Source of the DNA: Haliotis rufescens
Taxonomy: Eukaryota
Direction: 5' to 3'
Assembly: GCF_023055435.1 (NCBI RefSeq)
Contig: NW_025963779.1
Location: 11,160,001 to 11,224,000, forward strand
Length of the DNA: 64,000 bases
Part shown: positions 11,958-24,777 of the stretch, one piece after another
Layout of the letters: every line of letters begins with the position of its first letter
Numbering within the stretch: position 1 is the stretch's first letter
Notes under the pieces: model-generated
What the model was told of the DNA's origin: nothing
The model's database searches: none
The model's input: the letters and a program-made list of their open reading frames with translations, nothing else
Translations under genes and position numbers: made by a program

Positions 11958-13217
11958 TTACCTTTTACAAATCAGTCCGAGTTCGCTGCGGAACTGCTTA
12001 TTAAGAAAGCTGTAGATTATGGGGTTGGCAGCGATCTGGAGGTGATAGGACTTCTCAAAGATCGAGAAAAATGTGTACTTCATGGCCAGGAGTTCGTAGT
12101 TATCTGGGTCTTTCGACATCATAGTTGTCACGACGAAATAGGGAACGCAACTAAGGACGTACACCATCGTTACCAGAAATAACGTCAACGTCATCTTTCG
12201 GACAGCTTGATCTTGTGGCGTCACTCTGACGTCACCTCCGGTTCCGGCAGACATTGGCAGCGATGAATTTGTGTTGGGTGAATCTTTATGGCCGAATCTG
12301 TGTGTGCTGTCTGAGTTAAGTGCTGAGTTAATTTCCATAACAGAAGTCGAAGATGCAGTTATTTGTGCGCTCTCTGAAGGAGAAGGTGAAGGAACAGAGT
12401 GTGAGGTTAAATCATGGCTGGATGCTGGGGTTTCTTGACTTCGATATGTATCTTGAGTCGACTTCAATTTTAGGCATCCTTCGACTTGACACGCGCACTG
12501 ATTTTGCTTCCCATGCTCTGAGGGACCAGCACTGCCTTCAACACGACTTGAGGGTTTCAAGGTCTGTCTGTACTTCATCTGTTGATATACTCGGCACCAG
12601 ATACAGGAATACAGGACACCAAGGGAGATAACCAATCCGAATAACATGATCATCCAAAAGCCAGTGTACGCCTTATAATAGTCCTCTCTGTCTCGTAGGG
12701 GCCGACAAATGGTAATATTCACATTATATCGTGTCACGGGTTTTGGCCCGTAAATCAGTGGAGCCGGAATCATGAGCACGAGCAACACAACACAAAGTAT
12801 TCCACAAGCCAGTTTTGCTGTATATTGCGTCATCTGTTTTCGGAAGGGTCGACACACCTTCTTGTATCTGTCAACGGCCACTAAGATTAAAACCTGGCCA
12901 GACGCAGTGCTGAAATAAGTCACACTCGTTATCATGAACCTACACGCCCCGGATCTCCCAAACGTTACAAAGTTTCTCATTTGAAATATCTGTACTGGAC
13001 AACACATTAGGGCGTTAAGAATATCCAGAAGGGCTACCACAAGAATGAAACACCTAGTTGTGCTCGGCTTGAACTTCTTTAGGTATACGTAAAAAACAAC
13101 AGAATTGCCCACAAAGCCAACGACCATCATGACCGATACGTACACAGTAGCAGGGAGGTATCGGCGGTTGTAGGTGTCATTGTACTGTTGAAGAGTGAGG
13201 TTGACGCCAGTCGCCAT
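11958..13217 (-). CDS. Class A GPCR, CCK/orexin-receptor-like, single coding exon, ~419 aa
   Basis: GN, LxxLD, DRY and NPIIY motifs; N-glycosylation sequons in the N-terminus (NLT, NDT). Start at MATG after acceptor tttcag. Likely upstream 5'UTR-exon donor at ~14231. Confidence 0.9.
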   Translation of the reverse strand: MATGVNLTLQQYNDTYNRRYLPATVYVSVMMVVGFVGNSVVFYVYLKKFKPSTTRCFILVVALLDILNALMCCPVQIFQMRNFVTFGRSGACRFMITSVTYFSTASGQVLILVAVDRYKKVCRPFRKQMTQYTAKLACGILCVVLLVLMIPAPLIYGPKPVTRYNVNITICRPLRDREDYYKAYTGFWMIMLFGLVISLGVLYSCIWCRVYQQMKYRQTLKPSSRVEGSAGPSEHGKQNQCACQVEGCLKLKSTQDTYRSQETPASSHDLTSHSVPSPSPSESAQITASSTSVMEINSALNSDSTHRFGHKDSPNTNSSLPMSAGTGGDVRVTPQDQAVRKMTLTLFLVTMVYVLSCVPYFVVTTMMSKDPDNYELLAMKYTFFSIFEKSYHLQIAANPIIYSFLNKQFRSELGLICKR

Positions 13218-15091
13218 ATCTCCATATGTGTGCGACCCGCAGCTGAAATAAGAAAGTAATGTTCTAGGACATTTTTTAGTGACATGAATGTGCATTACAA
13301 CATAGAAAATGCCCAGGTAATAATGTCATCGAAATGTCAACATACAAGACAAACGGATTTCGTGTATGGCATATTTGCCATATTTGAAAACATATTTGTG
13401 GCCATTGCTTTCTGTTTTAAAGAAGTTTGGTGTTCAATCTATTTTGCAACACTACAAACTACGATTATAATGAACTCAAAGGGACCACAAATTTCAGTTC
13501 GTTATAACCGTAGTTATAAGCATATATACAGCAAATGGACGTGATCAAAACACATTAACAATCGTTATATCCGTCAATTCGTTATAAGCGTGTTCGTTAT
13601 AAACGTAGTTTACTGTATTTGTGTTTTGCCCATGCTCTTTATTCTCTTAATGTGGATATCTGGCTCTGCAATTTCTTCTCTGAAACTAGGTTTTAGTCCT
13701 CACTATTATTCAGAACGTATTTGAATATCAATTCAGAACATATTAGTATCAATGATGCATAAACTTTAAGTGGCTGTGTTTTTATTTACCTTTCAACGAT
13801 CGACTACATACCCAGGTGAGCTACAGCGCTGTGAAATTACGAAACTGCGATGTATCATCAAGGACGAAGTTGTAAAAAATCAGAAAAGAGAAAACTGCAC
13901 TTTTGCCTACACCTGAATACTGTGTATGAGTGAGTGTCTTAGTTGAGAGACTGGTTTAGAGCCGCTTTGAACAGTATATCACGGTGTGTCCAGAAATCCA
14001 GAGTTGATGCAAGTATGAGACGTATACAACTTTGGGGAAACCAATGGCAGGCATAAGGAACGCAGCTCTGCATAGCGTATCGCGGTGCCTTCAACAACTA
14101 AGCTATCAACGACGCTCCCCTCCCCACACCCGCACCCCCTACTGATTTGCAATGGCTAAAACATTGATTACGATACGATATAGACCATGAAAAATACATA
14201 GCTCACAACTGAACGTCGTAAGCATTACTTACCTCAAGTTGCGTTAGTATAAAGCAACCTTCAGCTACTGATGTATACCTCTATAGGTTACAATAACAAA
14301 TTGGTTCCTAGATATGAGGAAACAAATGCATCAACGTGATTGGGTAGATTATGTTTCCTCATGTCTCCCCACGCTGCAGCGTTTGTCCAAACCTATCTGG
14401 TGCAATCTCGCCTATCTGGTGCAATCTCGCCTATCTGGTGCAATCTCGCCTATCTGGTGCAATCTCGCCTATCTGGTGCAAAATCAGATCTAGGTTCTCG
14501 CTACCGCTGAACAATAATCTGGGGACATCTCATTACGGGTCCCTTCAGAACGACCTTATGTAATGTCCTCCTATGACTACTGATTTTAATTGGTGAAAAT
14601 GAAAGTTCGTATGATGTTTTACATCCAATATGAAGTTGGTTGGTTGGTTTGTTGTTTAACGCCGCACTCAGCATCAATCTAGCTATAGGACGGCGGTTTG
14701 TAAATAATCGAGGCCTGACTAGACAATCCAGTGATTGATATCATGAGCATCGATCCACACAATTGGGATCGATGACATGCATCAACCAAGTCAGCGAATC
14801 TGACCACCCGATCCCATTAGTCGCCTCTGACAAGCATAGTCGCCTTTTATGGCAAGCATGGGTTGCTGAAGACCTATTCTACCCCGGATCTTCACGGTTG
14901 CAATAGGAAGAAATGGCTTTGAAGTGAATACTAAATATCAACTAAATGTTCAACTAGCATTCATAATTGGGAATATAAGTGAACACCTTGCTACTTTTTT
15001 TAAGTTAGTTACTGGAGTTTGGAGGAAATCACACGTCGACGTGATTGGGCACATTGTGCTTCCAAGCATGATCGTGATTCTCTCAAGCAAT
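12266..15091. repeat. Segmental/tandem duplication, copy 2
   Basis: Matches 1-2833; duplicated ORFs in the track (88/12353, 1026/13284, 2093/14351, 2666/14924). Confidence 0.95.
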
Positions 15092-16252
15092 TTCTTTCAA
15101 AACCTATCATGCCTGACCTGTTTTCCTCCTGCCTTTCGTGTACTGACCGGTATTTAACATCCGGGGTGGTGATGAACTGGGCATCATGCTTCAGTAAGAG
15201 AGGAAATCAAAGTCACTCTTTGTATTTGATTGTGGCTTTACATTAAACATGTTTAATGTTACAATAGTTTGGGGGCTAGAGAGTATAAGGATAAGAATGG
15301 ACCGGGTGGCCAGCAAAGTTACATGGCTGGTTGTGTGTCATCGGACCTCGAAGGCGTTGAATGTTGCTCGTGATATCAGTCACTGGTTTGGTCGGGGCCC
15401 GATTATTTACAGGCCGCCGTCATATAGCTGCACTATTTCTGTATGAGGCGTTAAAAAAACAACCTGTATCATTAATGAAACTGAATAGGCTGAAATTTTA
15501 CAACACAAACGTTGAGAGACAAGTGGAACTGTCTGGGACAACATGCAGGTGGACATAGTTCTGTGGTAGTCGTGCTAGATAATACCGATGCATGAGATTG
15601 CTCTAATGCTTAAATTCGGTGACTATACACGCATCAACGAAGTTTCCTCATTCGGACTGAGTTGTCTTTCCTGGATCACTAGCTGTTGGTTTTCACCAGT
15701 GATTGACATCATGAGCATCGATCTACGCAACATTGGGATCTGATGACATACATCAACCAATATTTAGCGAGTCTGACAGCCCGATCCTATTAGTTTCCCC
15801 TTTCGACAAGCACGTGAAATTCATGGGCTGTGAAGAGCGAATTTAACTCGGATTTTCGTGGGTCCATTATGTTCTTGTATGCCCTAGATATACCGAATTT
15901 CGTCCTCAGATATTTTCTGAATCCCGAATTCTCAAAAGTGGTGTAAGCTTTAAAATTGATAGAATTTTATTTGATGATGTAAACTTTAAAGTGTAAATGA
16001 GGTCCATGAATATATCATTGCGAGTCAAAGATTCCATTGGTTTTGATGATACGATTGATATTATTCATCATATATTTTCTCCTTATGCTATGCTACATTT
16101 GTAAATACATTATTTATGAAGTGATTTTTCCCAGTCCAGCTTGACATTTAAAAAAAATGTTTCTAATGAAATCCTGCCCTTCCTGAGTATCTCGGAGAAC
16201 GTCACGAGATTGGGATATGCCAAACGAGAGAAAGCGAGATGTCACGGTAAAG

Positions 16253-19200
16253 ATGGCGGACAAGGATCAGGAAATTCGAAGTGGTTATGTATCCCCAACT
16301 ATATCTCATGCAGACGTCCCTAATGTACAGTTTACAAACCCACAAATGGGTGTAGGCTTTGAAAATCAAACAAATGGAACTGATTTCAACATGAACACGT
16401 ATAAGAATGCTCGAGAATACGCACAAGCAGTCCGCCAGTGGTTATGGCACTATCATTGCTGGAACTCCATGCACAGTTTCATGTCAATGATGCCACTGTA
16501 TGCGATGAGTTGTCCTCCACCAGGAGGGATGACAGGTTCGGCAGCAGCAGGTATTTCTACATGTTTATGAGTTGTGGGAAATTTACAATCATGACAACAC
16601 TGCTGAAGTGCACAAGATACTTAGAGCCAATGTTTATAAAATGGAAGCCAATGTAGAATAGGTTCGCCACTATTTTCATTGAAGAATCCTTGGGCTAAAG
16701 ATAGAATTGGGGTAACCTACCCTAAACCTAACACAACCCTAAGAATCAAAGAGGCAAACGAGATTGGTGAAGTGATAAAAAATAATATTTCTTGAGCTGT
16801 ATCTAGTGTTTAATAATACATTTGGGTGGCAAAAGGATTCTATGATTTCCCCATGAAATGTTTGTGTTTATGTACATGATGTATGGTCATGATGATCAGG
16901 TTATAAAAATGTTTACAGAAATGACTGATCAGGGCTTGAAATTACTAAGAATAATAATAAAATAAGAAATGGCATGGTTAAATTTTTTGTAAGTGCCACA
17001 TGGGAATGGTCATAGTCATTTAAAATAAATTTGAATGTACTTGCTTCTTTCTGTATTTTGTCAGAATATCTTTCATATTACATAGGCCGTGCATTTGAAT
17101 GTAATCACGTCTTTTTGTTTTTTGTCAGATTATCACAAATATTACGTATGTCATGCTTTTCAAATGGACTGCTGTGAAAAACCTAGCAGGCGGCACTATT
17201 TGTCAAAATGAAAGTCTGAAAAGTAAAACTCCAATACGTATATTTTTTCTATCCTGCTGCTCTAATTTCTAATAAAGTTACTGTAGACAACGAACAAGGA
17301 AAACAAACTATATTGCTTAGTAATAGTGCTATCATATTGAAATTAGAAAATCTATAAGAAGCAAAATTTGAATGCCTACACATCTGACATGTGTGATTGT
17401 ACAGATGAACAAAAGCCAAAATTATCTCAACATGAATCAACAGGAGACATTCCCAGTAACTGGCCTCTTTCAAAGTACAAATCATGGTTATATGTGAAAG
17501 GGATAAAAAATTAATAATTTTCAAAATTTCGAAAGAGTATGGTCAACCAGTTGGAAAACGAAGATTGAAAAATAACAATAAAAAATTTCATTGGTTCAAC
17601 AGGTTTCAGAACCAGCAACCTTGAAACACATTTATTCCATTAAAATTTTGATCTAATGGATGAGGTGCCTTTTGTTATAATTATTGGGTAATATAGATAA
17701 CTTCAAAATGGCACACCTGAAAAACAAGTCCAGTGGCCTTGAGCACACCGTTTTTTTGTCTTTTTTGAGCCCTGACTTATATTAGTGTTTTGAAGGCGCT
17801 TTAAATTAACTTTGAGCTTTTGGGATTGGATTGAGTTTAACATTGTTTAAATTTAACATTTTATTTTATTTTTGCATTCAATGAAATAATATTCAGCTAA
17901 ACATATATGCCTCTTCCTCTGTATTTTTGCTGACATTTGCTGCAGACTTAGTGCTGAATATTGGTTTCTAATCAGGACTAACTAAATCTCTGTATTTGTG
18001 CTTAATTTGCAGCTCTATAGAGTTTACATTAATACATGAGATGAATTTATTAAACTTGGAGCCAGGTTCAGTGTTAAAATATGTTAGTGAAAGTATCCAA
18101 TTCCACATAACCATGATAGGTTCTGTTCCTAGGTTTTCTTATGTTTAATATTACTGTTATCATGATTATGTGACTTGGTATTATGTATATTATACCTTTC
18201 TGTTTATGGATAATTCAGTGTGCACTTGATACAGTAACCATGGTAATTGAGTATTTCTATGATGTTTATTTATTGCATGAGTTTATCCAGGTGTTTCAGG
18301 TAACGAAATATAGAAACCATTTCTACCATGTCTACAGCAAATGTTAGTTAAAAATTCCCAAATTTGATTGTGGAATAATTGATAATTATCACAAATTCTA
18401 ATCACTGTGATTAGCATGATTAGGTGATAGCCCTGTTGTTTTGTCAGTGCAAAGATTACTTGCATTTTCACATGGTGATATTGATAGTGGTATCAATAAA
18501 CATGGTCATGATGATAAAGAGAATACATGACATGCATGATACTTCATCATGACTTTATCATGACTTCAATATGTTCAACAGACCGCCTCCATGGTCTAGT
18601 GGTAGAGCATCTGCCTGAAGAGCAGAATGTACGGGGTTCGATCCCCGGCCGTGTCATACCAAAAGACATAAAGATATGGTACTTGTTGTTACCCTGTCTG
18701 GCGCTGGGGGCGGTCGGGTAGCCTAGTGGTCACGCCGAAGACCGGGTTTGATTCCCGACATGGGTACAATGTGTGAAGCCCATTACTGGTTTCCCCCGCC
18801 GTGATATTGCTGGAATATTGCTAAAAGCGGCATAAAACCATACTCACTCACTCACTGTCTGGCACTGAGCATTAAGGGGCTAAAACAAGGACTGGTCGGC
18901 TCGAAGTCAGTATTCTGTGTCTGAATAGGGTATTCATTTTAATGAAATGAGATTTATGGTAATCCTTACAAAAACATGATAATACTTAACTTGCTTAAGA
19001 AATGATATTCCTGTTTCAGGCCAGTACTCAGTACACAACCATAATAACCTGAGACAAAGAACTGGTCAAACAGTGCCAGCCCAGGCTAGATCCGAGAGGT
19101 CAGGAGGACAGAGGCCACAAGGTCTGTATGAGATACAGACAATACTGGTAAACAGTAAACATGGTAGCAGATTTATAGTTATAAAAGATGCATTAGGACT

Positions 19201-22200
19201 TACAGTTGCTTCATCAGCATTGAAACTTTAAGCAATACACAGACAAACAGATGCATGCGCGTGCACACATGCACAACACACACACAACAACAAAAAACAC
19301 ACACATTAACATATACTAATTGTATACACAAAACATTTTGCAGTACTACAAAATTTTATTTATTTATTCACCTCGTGCAGTTTTGAGACCATTAGGCCGT
19401 ACTCAGCTTTTATCATCATTTTCAGAAGAATTTAGCATTATTATGTTGACAATTATTAGTTGAGATAAGTAGAGTAAACATGACTGTACTATTCTCTGGC
19501 TTCATACCAGTGGCCGAAGTCACAGACCGGCTATGTTAGGACGGTGTAATCATGATATTGGTATAAGAAGTAGAATTCATGAATTAATATAGACACAAAC
19601 TCTTAAATAGGACGTCATTTTATCATGTTTATGATGATTATAAACTCCTTTCGTGCTAAATCTTGGTCTGTTTAAATGGTGTACTTGTATTTTTGTATTG
19701 CTTTAAAACATAAAGAGATGTTGGTGAAAATTATAGACATGTTTCAAATTCAGGGACCGAGTTCGCATTGCCATCATTTTGGAAGAGAGTTGCAGCTGAG
19801 CTGATTGACTTCACACTGCTGTTCTACATTAAGCTTGTTGTTACTGTCATTGTGATGAGAGAACTGGGCTATATGTAAGTCTACCTGTGTCATATCATAT
19901 GCTGTGTACTGTTTTCAGTCCTATAACTTTGTTTAGAAGTTGGATGATAATGAATGTACTCAAAATGCATTTTTGGTAGCAGCAACTTTGCAAGAGACAA
20001 ATGGCATTGGGACATTTAAATGATTTATCAAATATTTATTGGACATCTCTATGTCATTCCCAAATTTGATCTTCGAGACATTTTAAAATACAGTCAGTGA
20101 ATATCTTAGATAAGGAACTGATAAGAAACCCTGATTGATGGTCTATGAGACTTAGTATTCGTGTGAAATGCCATCCTGAACGTTTCCTTTTTAAGTGAAC
20201 CCTACGTAAAGTTAAGGTCGTTCAGTCAAGGTGTTCAATTAGAATGCCTGACTTGCCTGACCAATGAAAATAAAGTGTCATGGAAGTTGGACAATAAGAT
20301 TTAGAAGCCCACGGCCAAGTACGAAAGACAGCAGTAGACGCATCATGTGTTTCAAAAATAATTTGTAATTACCCCCTTTTCTCAACTCCTTGCTAGATTA
20401 GACTTGTTCCCTATCCTAATGCTTCACCTCAGCTAGCCTGCTGTTGTGTAGCATTAGTGAGCATGGGCAAAGGAGGCAGGGGACCAGTCTACTCACTGGA
20501 AAAAAATCCCAATTGGCATTCCATCGGTTAATTCCAATAGTTACTTGAATGCTATCAAGTCCAGTGAAGATTTGGGTTAGAATTGATCTTCAGGAACCCA
20601 TGCTTGTCATAAGAGGAGACTAACAGGATGGAGTGGTCAGGCTCGTTGACTTGGTTGATGCATGTCATTATATCCAATTGCGTGGATAGATGATATCAAT
20701 CATGATATCAGTCACTGGGTTGTCTGGTCCATATTCGATTATTCTCAAACCACCATGATGTAGCTGGAATATTGCTGAGTGAGGCTTTAAACAACAAATC
20801 AAGTCGAGAGTATAGTGTTCACATTTTAAGGTTCCGAGCGATTTAGCAGGGCAAGTTGAAAATCAGGCTGGGCCAGTAGAATTTTAAGTTGGCTTGTCCT
20901 TGGGCAATAAAGAAATTTTGGTATTAGAAACCCCCTGATATATATACAAATTATTTCAGTAGTAGGTCATGCTGACCTACGTAAATCATGTAAGCTGTGT
21001 CAAGTTTTTGTTGTTACATTGTTTCAAGGAATATGATGTTTATTGCATCTGTTGTATGCGTACGTGGTACAATTGAGAAATCTTTTGACATAACTAATGC
21101 TTCAATAGGTCAAACTGACTCTCGATAACGCTCAAGATTGTACTTTTAGCATATACGTCTTTCCTGATCAAGTTCAGACCTTTTGTGTGTTAAGGACTTA
21201 ATATTAATATTATTCATGATGTTTCATTGTTATTTTCAGGGATGGCAATGTTGATTACAATTTATTTTTCAACCTGGAAGAAATGGATTATGACAAAGCT
21301 TTCGCTATCACATCTGAAGTTATCGCCATGGAGATTGTAAATCGACTTCTTATTACCATGTTTGAGGTAAGTTTCTGACCTATGCTTTGTGTTGAATATT
21401 GAGTTTGACCATTGTATTAGTTTATTGTTGTCCCCCGCCGCGCAAAAGGGCGAAGCGAGGGATATAGTATTCACGACCGTCCGTACGTCCGTCCGTACGT
21501 CCCACCTGTTTGTTGCCGCGATATCTCAAGAACTAAACACTGGATTGTCATCATATTTGGAACTATGGTGTATATACAGACTCCGCAGACACCAGTCGGT
21601 TTTGGTGACCTTGACCCCATTTTCAAGGTCACAGCAGGCATATCTGCTTTTGGAGTTGGAAAACGGTGTTGCCGCGATATCTCAAGAACTAATCTCTGGA
21701 TTGTCTTCCTATTTGGTGCTAGGGTGTATATACGGACTCCGCAGACACCAGTCGGTTTTGGTGACCTTGAGCCCATTTTCAAGGTCACAGCAGGTAAATC
21801 TGCTTTTGGAGTTGGAAAATGGTGTTGCCGCGATATCTCAAGAACTAATCGCAGGATTGTCTTCATGTTTGGAACTATGGTGTATATACAGACACCGCAG
21901 ACACCAGTCGGTTTTGGTGACCTTGATTCCGTTTTCAAGGTCACAGCAGGCAAATCTGCTTTTGGAGTTGGAAAACGGTGTTGCCGCGATATCTCAAGAA
22001 CTAAACACTGGATTGTCTTCATATTTGGAACTATGGTGTATATACAGACTCCGCAGACACCAGTCGGTTTTGGTGACCTTGACCCCATTTTCAAGGTCGC
22101 AGCAGGTAAATCTGCTTTTGGAGTTGGAAAACGGTGTTGCCTCGATATCTCAAGAACTAATCGCAGGAGTGTCTTCATGTTTGGAACTATGGTGTATATA

Positions 22201-24468
22201 CAGACACCGCAGACACCAGTCGGTTTTGGTGACCTTGACCCCATTTTCAAGGTCACAGCAGGCAAATCTGCTTTTGGAGTTAGAAAACGGTGTTGCCGCG
22301 ATATCTCAAGAACTAATCGCTGGATTGTCTTCATATTTGGTATTTTGGTGTATATACAGGCGGGGGACATTTCGTCACTTCTGTGACAAATACTTGTTAT
22401 AGGATGGGTTTGTAAAATGGGGTTCTTTTGTCACGAGAGTGCTTACAAGTGTTTAGTTAATCAAAGTCATTGTGCCCTTGATTATTTATCATAGATAGAT
22501 CAGCAATGGCTCTAGACCTGCTCAGACATCAATATTCATCCCTAAGTCCCTAAGGGCAGATATCAGTGAAAATTCCCAAATTGGAACTATAAATTTCCCA
22601 ATTCATGCTATGTTAGTGATAACTAAGGTTATGGCTAAGTTTGTTTAGCAGCCAATTTGAGAAATTAACCATTTTTTCCCCCAGGCTGCCTGCCAAGGGC
22701 ACTTAGTTCGGAATACTGGATACATCCCTGTCTGTGTTACCATGGTTACCATGGTCGTCAGCAGGAATATTCTTCAAACTGATTTCTGGGTTTATTTGAC
22801 ATTAGGATGAATGTATTCAATCTGTAGTTTGAGAATTGATGTTTGTTTCAGAAGAAATATACATGCTAATACTATTAAATGTATAATGAGGTTTCAGGTG
22901 AAGCTGACGAAGTATGCGAATAAAGTTTAAACCACCCTTATTGCTACTGCTGGTAGTGTGTAACCATGGTAACCAAAATTAATTTTTACATTTCAGACAT
23001 TATGTTTACGTCAAGGTATTGGAACAATCGGTGGTTCAACACCTGGCAAGAGGCTTCTGGGATTGAAAGTCGTTTCGTGTAGTGACATCATCGATGTGGG
23101 ACATAACCGAATTCTTGTCTATCCTGCACAGAACATTGGCTGGGGAAGGTAAGTTGTCAGGTGAACAGGGGATTGAGTGCTGACCGGGGCATAATGCAAC
23201 ACTCACTTAATCAGTGAATGAGTACGCTACTACAAACAACAGCTGGGCTGACGGGTATTCTGGGCAATATTTTGGATGATTTTAGACCTGCTTATTGGTC
23301 AGAATAGATAAATTCTTTGATGAATTATCAAAGTTATTGCAATCGTCTCTGCAACCAAAACATACAATTCTACAACACATATTTTGGTGATTCATACTTT
23401 ACTGAAACTCAGAGAACTACAGCTTATTACTAATAGAGGATGTACACACTACGTTCCTCCAGACCCGTGAAGATCCGGGGTAGAGTAGATCTTCAGCAAC
23501 CCATGCTTGCCATAATTAGCGACTGCTTGTTGTAAGAGGCGACTAACAGGATCAGGTAGTTAGACTCACTGACTTGGTTGATGTATGTCATCGTATCCCA
23601 GTTGTGTGGATCGATGCTCATGATGTCAATCACTGGATTGTCTGGTCCAGACTCGATTATTTACAGACTGCCATCATATAGCTGGAATATTGCTAAGTGC
23701 GGCGTTAAACAACAAGCAAACAAGCAAAATGTTCCTCCATGTCCCAGGATTACATTTTGCAGTGTTGATATTTGTAACCAACAAATACAGCTATAGCCTA
23801 AGTCCTGTGGGAAGGACACCAGGAAGACAAACCAATGAGTTCTCAGATTACATCACTCAAACAGCAGTATTTCCCCTGCACAGGGTACCATTCTTGCAGC
23901 CATATACTCCTAGATTCAAGCACGGAGTTGAGCCATTTCACCGCCTTAAATTACGAATGGCCTCGTTTCATTACACCACTACAAATACACTCGTTATTAC
24001 TCGTCGCTTGTCAGTTTCATGTGTTCCAGGAACATAGTGTAAAGAAACATGAAGAAATCACAATGATAGTTTATTGAAATGTGTAATTGTATTTTGGTTT
24101 TGACTTGAAGTCTAACTGTAAATGTGTCAGTTCCTGTGTCTGTGTTGAATACCATTCCTACATCTCCAAGCAGTCTGTCACATTCAGATCCCTTCCTGAC
24201 TCTGAAGAATTTACCTTTTACAAATCAAGTTGTATACTATAAAATAATGTCTAGTAGCCACACTGAGAATGAATAATTTATCTGCCGAAGTCTAACATCA
24301 TCATGTTTGCTTTTCAGTGCCCTTGTGAGATCAGTGATCAAGAATTTTACGATAGCCTTCTTCTTCCCAGCATGCCTCACGGTATTTTTCTTCAAGTACA
24401 GTCGCGCTGCCTATGATGTTCTTGCCAGCACAGTGGTCGTCCAAGCAGGGGAGGAAGACAACATGTAG
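16253..24468 (+). CDS. FAM8A1: FAM8A1 (RDD-domain HRD1/ERAD cofactor), 6 exons: 16253-16550, 19020-19121, 19754-19874, 21240-21366, 22997-23148, 24318-24468; 316 aa
   Basis: All introns GT-AG with consistent phases (1,1,2,0,2). Motifs YAQAVRQWLW, PSFWKRVAAELIDF, GGSTPGKRLLGLKVVSC, RSVIKNF, RAAYDVLASTVVV match the FAM8A1 RDD family. Confidence 0.92.
16930..17774. mobile_element. Probable non-autonomous DNA transposon; an internal fragment also occurs at ~2875-3150
   Basis: Imperfect TIR cagggcttgaa / tttgagccctg. 17170-17440 is similar to 2900-3150. No clear TSD. Confidence 0.45.
18580..18940 (+). mobile_element. SINE family C interrupted by a nested family A SINE (18707-18856)
   Basis: TSD ctgtctggcgct/ctgtctggcact flanks the nested copy. 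Confidence 0.85.
21421..22398 (+). mobile_element. Helentron-associated (HINE / pearl-like) element with internal 156-bp satellite (~5.4 units), in FAM8A1 intron 4
   Basis: 11-bp subterminal IR tgtcccccgcc (21429) / ggcgggggaca (22359), (ccgt)n microsatellite, 156-bp tandem units, 3' hairpin gtcac-ttct-gtgac, T-rich ends. Confidence 0.8.
23462..23728 (+). mobile_element. SINE family B, full length; further copies ~4590, 15690, 20560, 36885, 38770, 40035, 40650, 48560, 50633, 52075, 53035, 56147, 60880
   Basis: TSD gttcctcca; head gacccgtgaagatccggggtag...; tail gctggaatattgct...ggcgttaaacaac. Confidence 0.85.
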
Positions 24469-24777
24469 AGGACGGCTGTGACCGACACCGATTGTGATAT
24501 ACTGGTTCTCATCTCTGTGTAGCTGGACTTACTAAGGGATTGTTCTAAGCAGATCGTGATATTAAGTAAACATTGGACTGCCACAGAGAAATTAAGATAA
24601 TTAGTTCAGTATGTTGATTCTGTAAAATTATGATTATGTTATTTAATGTGATGACTATGTCATTAAGAGATAAATGGTGTGGTTTTGATGACATAGATTT
24701 TGACGTTAAGTTTCGTCAGGCAGAAATAATATTTTTATGTGTATATTTTCCAGAACGTCTTATGCTTATATTCCAGT

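Noticed and set aside
13218-13295. N-terminal extensions of the GPCR ORFs (also 6450-6494)
   Set aside because: They run through polypyrimidine/AG acceptors, so they are intronic.
16195-16215. UPRE in the FAM8A1 promoter
   Set aside because: Only a TGACGT half-match, which is expected by chance.
21389-22402. 273-337-aa ORFs on both strands
   Set aside because: Translation of the 156-bp satellite inside an intronic element.
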